The notes under the pieces are model-generated. The model was not told where the DNA came from, searched no databases, and saw only the letters and a list, made by a program, of their open reading frames with translations. Positions 53,540 through 64,000 of a stretch of 64,000 nt of DNA are shown in pieces. Source of the DNA: the human T2T-CHM13v2.0 reference genome, Homo sapiens; NCBI RefSeq assembly GCF_009914755.1, contig NC_060941.1; one strand, written 5' to 3'. The position numbers and the translations under genes were made by a program. Within the stretch, counting starts at the first letter, position 1. Each line of letters opens with the position of its first letter.

Positions 53540-53884
53540 AATTTTGTACTGAATTATATATCTATCACTTCTTCCCAAATATATATATATTTATACTGAA
53601 TTTTGCATGTATTTCTTCTTCCAAAATGTATATATATATAATGCATGTACTACTTCTTCCCAAATATATATATATATATAATATATAATGCAGAATTATA
53701 TATTATATATAATACATAATATATATAACATGTAATAATTATGTATTACACATTATATAATATATTACATGTAATAATTATGTATTACACATTATATAAT
53801 ATATATTACATATATTTGGAAAGAATACATGCATTATATATATATTTGGGAAGAAATAATACATGCATAATTCAGTACAAAATT
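53540..53884. repeat. Palindromic AT-rich repeat
   Basis: 18-bp perfect terminal inverted repeat, longer imperfect arms and an internal 39-bp tandem duplication. Confidence 0.9.
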
Positions 53885-54684
53885 ATATATCTGTAAAAAA
53901 ACAAAACCTAACTTGGGCATTCAGATCTGCCAAGAAGTTTGAGGTGGTGCTGGGACCCCAGGCCTGGGCCCTGCAGGAGCTCACAGCCTCAGCCTCTCTG
54001 GATCTACTGGCTGCCGATGGGCACTCTGAGCAGTTTCTTGCTTTTCCCAAAGCCATGCCCAGGAAACACCATTCATTCCCTCATTCACTCGTGTGCTGTG
54101 CGTGGGCTCTGAGCCAGGCCCTATGCCACATGCAGAATTCAGAGACGAAACAGACTCAGGCCCAGCCCCCAACAAGCTCCCAGCAGATGGGAGAGGGGAG
54201 AATGGGGGAGGGAAAGATCTACACAAATAGCTACAAAAGAGAGGCCCAGCAGTATAGCGTAGCAGGCAAGATTAATCAGTGACCATGTAGCAAGGCAGTG
54301 ACAGGCCTGGCCTTTGAAAAGAGCCACGCCTTGGGGTGAGAGCCACTCATTAGCCAGGCCCAGGTATTCACCTCCCTAAGCTCCAGTTTCCTCCCCTATA
54401 AAACATGGACCATAATCACACCAGTGTGGCATGTGGTTTAGAGCCCAGGCCTTGGAGCCAGGGTGGCCTGGGTTTGATTCACAGAGCCACCATTTTATTT
54501 CAAAGCCATGTCATGCAACGGCCGTTACCTCACCTGTCAGAACCTCAGTGTCCCCGCCTCTGAAATGAGGCTAATAACACCAACCTCAGAGGGCTTGTGG
54601 GGGAATAAATGAAAAATCAGGTGTGAAGCACAGTATCTGGCACTCCGTAAAATCAAGAGCTATTACCAGCAACATGAAGGTTAA

Positions 54685-55057
<373 letters not shown>

Positions 55058-55089
55058 AGGTATGGGTTTTTATAAAAGATTTTGTGAGA

Positions 55090-55383
<294 letters not shown>

Positions 55384-56107
55384 TCACTGCTCCCTGTGCG
55401 GTGGGGTGGAGGGAAGGGGAAAGTGTTCTTCCAAAAAGCTGAGATTTGAAGAATGAGGAGTGGGAAGAAAAGGGCTCGGGTGGTGGGTGTTTCTGGCACA
55501 GGGAAAGCTGTGGGAAATGGCCTGGCCAGGTGAGACAATGCAGGGAGTTCAGGGAGGGAGCAGTTCAGTGTGTTGGAGGCGTAACACTGGGAGAGTCGGA
55601 GGCCTGGAGGCTGGGGAAGGCAGGGGAGGGGACAAGTGCTGCCTGCGGGCCTGTTGGCAGTGGGGGTGTGGGTGGATAAGAGACGGGCCAATGGAGGGCC
55701 TCACGGAGGGGACAACTGCGAGGGTCCGACTCACCATGCAGGTCCTGAATAAAGCCGTGCTGGGCCTGGAGAAGTGTGGGTCGGGGAGGGATGGACACTG
55801 AACAGCAAGGCTCACCTCACATCCAGGAGGCCCCCCGCCAGCCCCGCCATGCCACAGGCACTGACGGTTGCCACTAAGCCTCAGAGGCCAACTGCATTTA
55901 TTTGGAAATGGAGCAAGGCACTGGCCATGTCCAGGCTGGCTTTCCAGCCCTGTCCCCCAAAATCACAGTCTTCCTGCAATTACTCACAGGTGCTGGCCAA
56001 TAGTGCTTAGGTTCTCAAATGCCTGCTTCTACTCAGGCTATCCTATCCACCTGCAGGGTCCTTCCCCTCAGCCGTCACAGGTTGAAACTGTGCCTCTTCA
56101 CCATTGC

Positions 56108-56596
56108 CTGGAGTAGACAGAATAATGGCCCTCCAAAGATACGCCAATCGGAACCTGTGAGCATGTACCTTCCATGGCAGAAAGAGACTTTGCAGATGTG
56201 ATTACATTAAGGATCTTGGAATGGGGGTTGGGTTATCCTGGATTATCCGATTGAGTCCAAAGTAATCACAAGGGTCCTTGTAAGAGAGAGGCGAGATGGT
56301 CAAGGTCACAGAGAGGAGCTGGGACCATGGAAGCAGAGGTCAAAGTGAGGCACTTTGAAGGAGGAAGATCCCACAAGCCAAGGAAGGCAGGCAGCCCCTG
56401 GAGGCTGGAAGAGGCCAGGAGACAGACTCTCCCGCAGAGCCCCTAGAAAAAAAGCATTTCTGATGACACCTTGATTTTAGCCCATAAGGCCCATTTCAGA
56501 TTTCTGACTTCCAGGCCTAGAAGATAGTAAGTTTGTGTTGTTTTAAGCCACTGAGTTTGCCACCACTTGTTACAGCAGCAACGTGGAACTCATACA
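56108..56596 (+). mobile_element. MLT1 (MaLR) solo LTR, MLT1D-like
   Basis: cagaataatggccctccaaagat, gactttgcagatgtgatta and tgttgttttaagccact...ttgttacagcagca. Confidence 0.8.
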
Positions 56597-59500
56597 TCAC
56601 CTCTTCCTTCAGGCCTTTGTGATCCCTGGCACTCGCTCTTCCTCCTCTGAGCCCCTCTGGTGCTTTACCTGACCCTCTCCCAGGCACTGTCCTCTTCCTA
56701 TATGGGTGAGAATTCATTGGCTCTTATCCCCTCTACCAGCCAGTGAGCTCCTTGAGGCTGGGGTCTGGCTCATATTTGTGCCCCCTTGCCCAACCACTGG
56801 TTGGGCTGATAATTCTCCCTGGATCCTTAGATCTACTCTCCACCTTCCTCTGTCCTGCTCTGTACCTGGAAGGATGATCCCTGTGTCACTGGCTCCCTTC
56901 CCTCCAACTGCCCCATTGGAATCAGCCATCCATCAGTAGGCAGCAGCGGAAGATGGAGAACAGGAAGAAAGGGGCCTGTGTATCTATCCCCCCACCTCTC
57001 CTTGCCCAGCCACGGTTCTGGCTGCAGCTGCTCGCTCTAAGGCTCCTGCAGGGCAGCCCTCCCCTGGCCACACCCCCTCAAACTCCCTTTTCCCATCCCT
57101 CCGCTTCCCACTGCTCTGCTCTGGGCTGTCTGATCCCTGCTGCTCCTGTCCACACCTCCAGAAATAGTTCCCTTTCTACACTCGGTCAACCCTGAGAGTC
57201 CGTCATATTCTGTGGGGCCCCTGGTGGATGCAGATGTGGCTGATCATCTACGTGGACAGCCAGGTGCAACACGCCTGGTAGATGTGTGAACACTGCTTCG
57301 GTCTGTCTGTCTTAGATGGTGGCTGGCTGGGAGGGGCACTCCCCATCCCCAGCACACAGGCAGGAAGAAGGGCGTTGGCACTGACCAGGAGAGGCTGTGA
57401 GCAGGACAAAAAAGCAGCCAGACCCTCACCCCGTCTCTCCCCACACAGACCCACATGCTGACAGGTCCCAGGACACATTTCTCCTGCCCACCCTCACCCC
57501 TAGGGAGCTCCGGGCAGCGCAGAGGCTGGGCAAGTGGGACTGGCAGGGTGCCATGCCTTGGTCCCAGAGGGCTGCCTCCCTTCCTGGTAGGTCTGTGCCT
57601 GGTGCTGCCAGGCCTGGCCCGGCCTCCACACTCCTTCCCCTTCACACCACAATCTGAGCTGGCGAGTGACTCATCCCACCATCCTCCTACGTGCCCCGTC
57701 CCTGACTCCACCAAACTTGGCCTCTCTTGGCTCCATCTCTGCACTGGCTCACAGCAGCAAAAGCATGTCCACCCCCACGCCCTGCACCGCAGACTAAGGC
57801 AGCTCACTGCACCTCAACGAGGAAGAGCCAGGCTCTGACATTCCCAGCTTGGATCTCCAAGGAGGTGGCTGTACTGACACGTGGACAGAGCCCCATGGCC
57901 CCCACACTGACACACTGGATCAGGCAACTCTGCTGTCTCTTGACATCCATGATGTCCACTCCTTACAACAACCTTCCAAGGGTTACTGCCCATTTTACAG
58001 ATGAGGAAACTGAGGCTCGGGGAGGTTACATGACATGGCAGGTGGTAGTGGAGCTGACTCCAAAGGCTCCTGCCTTCCTCTATAGCATCTCCCCCTCTAC
58101 CCTGAGCCAAACTCCGGGAAGCCATGAGTTGTGTAGGAAAGGGCTTGGGCACTGACTTGGCGGTCCAAAGCCCTGAGGCCAGGCTCCGCCTTTCATCAGC
58201 TGGCTGACTTCGGGCAAGCCCTCGGCCTCTGTGAAACTGTTTTCCAGTCCATAACAGGAACAGGGATCCTGCCCTGCCCACCTCACCGGGCATTCAGAGG
58301 CTCAGAGAGAAGAAGCAGCGTCTGCAAAGTGAAGTCTGGGGAAGGTGGTTGTGGGGTGCCTCAGCAGCCCGCCACCGGAGCCCGGAGAGAGGCGGTGATG
58401 TCCGCTTTGGAGCCAACCTCGGCTCTGGACAGGGCAGGCTGCCGGCCACAAGGCCCCGTCTTTGCAAGCTCCCCAGGCGGGGTGCAGCTTCCTTTGTCCC
58501 TAGGCGGGGTGCAGCTTCCTTTGTCCTCAGACTGAACATCTCCCTCCGCCACCGGTGCGGGAGGAGCCCAGGACCTCGCCAACTCGGCTTCACAGCGCCT
58601 CCTGGGGGCCGCGAGGGGACTCGCCAACCTGCCTGCAGGCGGGCTCCCTCCTACCGCCTCCCTCTGCACCCCTGACCCTGCTCAGTGCTGTGTGAGAGGA
58701 ACGGTCAGAGGGAGCCTGTCTGGGCAAAGGCAGGCCCCACACTCCAGGCTGCTCCCTGGCCTCCCTACAGCAACAAAGGGACGTTGAGCTGAGAGCAATA
58801 CAAGAGAAAGAGCCCTAGGAGGGCTGGAAGTCCAAATGCCTGCATTCTACCTTTGTGGCCCTGGGCATGTGTCTTCCCCTCTCTGGGCCACAAAAGAGTG
58901 GAGGAGGCCACCTCTCTAAGGAAAGAGAGCTCCCCGCCCAGCGCTAAAACTGTGGTTTCTCTGAAGCTCAATTTCCTGGCGTGTAACATGGCCACAAGGG
59001 GCCGCTGCAGCCACAGCTGTGAAGGAAACAGTTCACACCGTGCTATATCGTTCATGGATAGTTCATGGGGTTTTATAGGCTCTTGTTCATTTCCATAAAG
59101 TCTTCCTTGGACTTGGCAAACTTTTCCTCTGAAAATTCCAAAGTGTAACCAAGAAGGGAAAGGAAGAGAAGAGAACCAAGAGAAGGGCAAAGAGGATTTT
59201 ATTTGGTTCGTGTTTGGACCTAAGAGAAAACCAGAAAGATTGCCCCTGCGGCTGAGGGGAGCCACAATATTGGCGAGAGATAGGAGAGGCCCCTCAGGGA
59301 GAAGAAAGCTTGGGGAATGCAGATCTCTCTTTAAGATTGATGACTTTCAGTATCATAAATCGGTAGAGCCAGACAGTCCTCAGCCCTCGCCCCATTCCTT
59401 TATCAGTCACGCTCGCGCAAGCACTGGCCTCTGCCTCTCCTTGCAGAAGTGACTTGTTTACAAGTTAGTACAGCTAGTTCCTGCCTGACTGAACCACTGT

Positions 59501-60370
59501 CATCTGAGAATTGAGGGTCAAAGTTGGATCTTCCCAGCTCAGAGGAGAAGCCTTCTCTAAACAAAGGAGGGGCTCAGCTGGGTAGGTTGTTGCAAAGAGA
59601 ACTCACTTCAGAGCCAAGGCAGCCAGGCCCTGTCACTTAAAAGCTATGTGACCTTGTGCAAGTCATTGAACCTGTCTAAGACTCAGGATACTGAGACAGC
59701 AAGACCTTCCTCAAATTGCCGAGGTGAGAATTAATGAAATAGTCTGTCTAACGTGCCTGGGACCTACCAGAAGCTCAGCCAGTGGAGTCATTAAATTTTG
59801 TCTTTATTATTAGCAATACAGTTCTCGTAGCACACATTGCAAAGGATCGTGTACCCAGCTCAGGGGCACAAGGTGTGTGATTGCGAGGACATCAGAGAAA
59901 ACAAGGTGCGATGAACTGGCGGTAGGCATTTGTTGGGACAATGACAGGGCCCTGGCCTGATCAAGGGAAGGATCAGGGGGAGAAGGAGATACTGGGGGGC
60001 TGGGAGGTGGGGATGAAGGAGGGGCACTGTCCCCACAACTCCTCATGCTCGGCTTCTGCAGTCCCGAGTACAGACCCAAGTCTGTTTCTCCTTGTCCCAT
60101 TCTGCCTAAGGGCTGGAGCTTCTCAGAAACTCTGACAGGACATGTGTCCATCTTCAGTGGGGACCCTCCCCCTCCTAGAAGTCCCCCGTCCAGCTGGGGA
60201 GGACAGGTCAGGGTGAGGGCAGCAGCCACCCAGCAGCCTCCATCAGAGATCATCAGCATTTCCCACCATGAATTCAGCAGCGCATCTCGTGGTCAAATCC
60301 ATAGGTGATTTCTGGGTTCTGTAGCCTCCTCTTATAAACTTACAAAGCACTTTAAGCAAACAAAAGCTTT

Positions 60371-60423
60371 GGCCAGGTGCAGTGACCCACGCCTGTAGTC
60401 CCAGCACCTTGGGAGGCCAAGGC
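60371..60423 (+). mobile_element. Alu 5' fragment (~53 nt) without tail
   Basis: ggccaggtgcagtg...ggaggccaaggc between direct repeats caaaagctttg. Confidence 0.8.
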
Positions 60424-60614
60424 CAAAAGCTTTGAGAAGTCCTGCAAAAAAAAAAAAAAGGTTTGGTTTGTTTATCTCCATGTTTTCCACTGGATTTGAT
60501 CACAAGAGTTTTGTTTGGGGTTATTTTATATTAATTAACACCCCTGGGAACATACACTGGAAAATCCAGGGGCCCAAAGAACTCAAGATAGGGTTCCAGT
60601 TAAGAACTATTATG

Positions 60615-60979
60615 TTCCAGACCAGCCTGGCCAACATGGTGAAACCCCATATCTACTAAAAATACAAAAAATTAGCCGTGTGTGGTGGCATGTGCCTGTA
60701 ATCCCAGCTACTTAGGAGACTGAGGTGGGTGGATCACCTGAGGTCAGGAGTTCGAGATCAGCCTGGCCAACATAGTGAAACCTCGTCTCTACTAAAAATA
60801 CAAAAAATTAGCCAGGTGTGGTGGCGGGTGCCTATAATCCCAGCTACTCAGGAGGCTGAGACGGGAGGATCACTTGAACCAGGAGGTCAAGGCTGCAGTG
60901 AGCTGAGATTGCACCACTGCACTCTAGCCTGGGTGACAAAGCGAGACTCCACCTAAAATTTAAAAAAAAAAAAAAAAAA
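60615..60979 (+). mobile_element. Composite Alu with an extra monomer segment
   Basis: Two mid A-rich linkers; TSD aagaactaKtatg at 60602-60614 and 60978-60990. Confidence 0.85.
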
Positions 60980-62376
60980 GAACTAGTATGAAGGGAATGC
61001 TCTCAACAAGCATCCCCTGCCCCAACTTTTTGTACCTCAAACATGACTATTTGCTGTGGATTCTGAATTTGCTTTGTTTCCTTTGTATTTTGCAGTTTTC
61101 CATTAGGGCTGACAGAAGTTCCTTTGGGAAAACCCCAGCATGTGTTAGTCATGCCGAGGGGAATGGAGGGAAGGAACTCGCTTTGTTCTCATTTTGGCCT
61201 GAGAGGAGGGAGAACAGTAGGACCCTTGGGGCTTGGGGGCTGGCATGGCCTGAGATGGATGTGAGACCCAGGGGCAGAGAAAATGCTAAGAGCTTTTTGG
61301 ACCATGGATTTTCCATGACTCAGAAAGTCAGTGGAGCCCGCCCTCCCTGGTGCCCTCGTTCCTTCATTGCCACTGCATTTGTTCCACACACTGAGGAGTC
61401 TGGTGAGGAAACTGAGGCCCAGAGACAAGAAATACCTGGGACAGAGACTCACTGTTCATGGGTAGCTGCTTGCTTTCCAAGAAGACATTTCCAGAGCTTT
61501 CCTGCTCGTGGGAGGTGTCTGTAATTGTTTTAGACAGCATGAGGTGAAGAGGGTGGGCTTGCGGGTCAGACCCACTCAGATCCTTTGTCAGCTGAGTTAT
61601 GTCATTTCTCTGAGCCTCAGTTTCCCATCTGGGAAGCTGGGGGTAGTGAGAAATAAGGAAGATGACTTCTGTACATGCTTGCCACCGTCCCAGGACAGAC
61701 GAGGCCCAGCTGCCATACAGAGGAGGTGACAGCATGGAGCGGGGTCAGGGGTGCAGAAGGAGGCGCTAGGAGGAAGGGACAAATGAGGATAGAGGCTGTT
61801 GTCCATAGAGCACACTCCTTGGAGGGAGGAGGGACCCAACTCAGACACAGCTCACTCAGGTCAGGGGCAGGAGCCTCTGAGGTGGGTGGGGGGGTGTGAC
61901 GGGCTGGTGGGAGCTCGTAAGCAGGGACATGCCCCTGCCCTGGAGGTTACTCAGTGGGGCTGGGAGTTTCGCAGGTGGTGCTTCTCAGTCCAGCGCTGCT
62001 TCCGTGGGTTAGGATGAAGACCCATCTTCTTGCCTTGTCCTCCTCCACGAGGGGCTTATCCAGAACAAAAGCTGTTGGCAGTTCCTGGCCAACAGGTTCT
62101 CCTCCTCCACTGCAGGGCTAGAAAAAGGTGAAAACAAAAGGGACATGTGCTTCTCTGTGGCTCTCGGGGTACAGTTCAGTCTCCCCACCATGAGCAAGTC
62201 CTCCACGACTGACCGCCTACTCCCACCAGCACCTCGTCATCCCTCTTCAGCCCCTCCTCACCCTCTGCACAGTAGCCCCAGGAAGTTCAAGTTCCAGCTC
62301 CTCCAGTGGGCCACTTTCAGTCACACCTCCAGGCCTTCACTGATGCAGTTCCCCCTACCCAGAACTGCCCACCCCC

Positions 62377-62422
62377 AACACACACAAACACACACACACA
62401 CACACACAAACACACATGCACA
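62377..62422 (+). repeat. (CA)n microsatellite, imperfect
   Basis: Direct read. Confidence 0.9.
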
Positions 62423-63087
62423 CCACCTCCATTGAATATCACCTCCACCAAATATCACCTCCACCAAATATCAAATATCAAATCCAACATCTTCCTGGTG
62501 TGTTGACCCAACACTTTCTCCAAAGAATGTTCCCTGCCTCCCAAGACTGTGTTAGTTGTTTCTGCTGTGTGGCCCAGAGTCCCTGGGCTTCCCCCTAATG
62601 GAATGCAGCATACTGTATGGAGGTGGCTGTTACCTGTTGGTCTCTCCGACAAGACTCTATGGGGGCAGACTCTGCCTGGGTCACTGTAGTAGCCCCAGCT
62701 ACTAGCCCCATGCCTGGCACAGAGTAGGCCCTCAGTGATTACCCATTGAATGAAGGGGTCAATGACAGGCAGAGTCTCCACTTGGGGCTCCCAATGAGCA
62801 GAGAACTTGGGGAAGCTAACCTTCCTCCCCACACACACCCCACCTTTGAATCTCAAGCTTGACTCTTATGGGTTTGGTGTTGATTCACTTCCCTGAGGTT
62901 TCCCTCCATCTTGACAAATGCTCCTTCTGACAACCCCAACATGACTGAGTCATGGTGAGGGCAAGAGATGAAAGGAATCATGTTTGAGAGTTTGGCCTGA
63001 GTTCGGGTGAGGATGGCATGTCTCTGAGGCTGAGGGTGCTGGTAGCAGCAAAGACAGACTGAGGGATTCCCGGGTGGGAAGAAAGCT

Positions 63088-63255
63088 CAGGAATATCAAA
63101 GCCATCGGAGGACACATGAGTGTCACACCCAGCATGTGGGTGCAGAGCCGTCCTTAGGGACTGTCTGTCCTTGCAGGGTTATTCACCCAGGACCCCTCTG
63201 CACCCACACTCTGCTTCTGATACTCATGTGTTCTCCGACAGCTTTGATCTTCCTG
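63088..63255. repeat. Long inverted repeat (~70-bp arms, 26-nt loop)
   Basis: Arms 63088-63159 and 63186-63255 align nearly without gaps. Confidence 0.9.
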
Positions 63256-63743
63256 GGGAGAGATCAAGGTAACTCTTGGAGAAAATTGAGGCCACAGCGC
63301 AATCTTAAAAAGTGTTAAAAATTGTTAGAGGCCAGATAGGTCGTGCTAAGAGCAGGAGGTAGGGAGCCAGATCAACACTGGTGTGGGTGACTTGGGCAAG
63401 GAACTTTTCTTCTCTGAGCCTCAGTTTCCTCATCTGTAAATGGAAGCAACAAGAGCAACCTCACACAGTTGTGAGAAATCAACAAAATGACATATGGAAG
63501 CTTCCTGGCCCATGCCTATCCTAGGAAGCTTCCCTAGCCACCATGGCCAGCTCAGGAGACCCCATCTGAAAGTACAGCCCATCCCTCTCATCACCGATGG
63601 CACTCACTCAGCACTGGCCTGTCTGCCTGTCTGCCTCTGGCACCAGACTGTGAGCCCATGGGGGCAGAGACCTTGTCTGTTCTGCTCACAATTCCATCTA
63701 TTCCCAATCCCTGCCACAGAATAGGCACCCAGTGAAGATCTGT

Positions 63744-63782
63744 TGAATGAATGAATGAATGAATGAATGAATGAATGAATGA
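63744..63782 (+). repeat. (TGAA)n repeat at the end of an L2-like fragment
   Basis: Direct read; preceded by an L2-like 3' end. Confidence 0.85.
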
Positions 63783-64000
63783 CTTGAAGAGGGGATGAAA
63801 ATAGACAGGAACTCCAATACGAGATTTTCAAAAACAGGCAGGTGAGGACCCACCAGGCCTTACCTCTCCTCACGATCTTTTAACTTCTTGTCGTACTATT
63901 TCTCCTGGGTTTTATTTTGTTGTTGTTGCATCATTTCTTGAACTTTCTTTCTGGTTTCACAAGAATTCCCTCAGACAATCCCAGTGGATCTCAGTCTAGT

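Larger units (their letters stand above)
59170..64000 (-). ncRNA. LINC00974: Probable lncRNA locus upstream of KRT19 (likely LINC00974); exon structure not resolved
   Basis: Placement from recalled gene order and approximate distance. In sequence: minus-strand AATAAA at 59198-59203 and 59803-59808, and a consensus donor AG|GTAAGG near 63858-63865. Confidence 0.4.

Noticed and set aside
59810-60259. 149-aa ORF in the putative lncRNA region
   Set aside because: Low-complexity Pro/Ser content and no recognisable homology; needs Ribo-seq or PhyloCSF support.

Overview
Human (primate) genomic DNA from the type I (acidic) keratin cluster (17q21.2 in human). It holds three complete, intact minus-strand genes: KRT13 (8 exons, 458 aa), KRT15 (8 exons, 456 aa) and KRT19 (6 exons, 400 aa, tail-less). 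All exon boundaries were read from the sequence; all are GT-AG, and the shared internal exons measure 83/157/162/126 nt (plus 221 nt in KRT13/KRT15). A 5'-tailed mirtron (MIR6510) sits at the 3' end of KRT15 intron 1. The last ~5 kb probably overlaps a lncRNA locus (LINC00974, placed from recalled gene order, low confidence). The rest is intergenic DNA with Alu, MIR, L2, L1, hAT (MER20, MER30, MER53) and LTR (MER21, LTR40-like, MLT1) elements. I found no new protein-coding gene and nothing like a new multi-gene system. The most notable unexplained structures are: a 168-nt hairpin with ~70-bp arms at 63.1 kb; a ~345-bp AT-rich palindrome at 53.5 kb; a copy of the start of KRT15 intron 3 lying 3' of the gene; a promoter module shared by KRT13 and KRT15; paralogous 26-nt frame-switching microexons; and several short duplications. 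Repeat-family names come from recalled consensus sequences and need RepeatMasker/Dfam confirmation.
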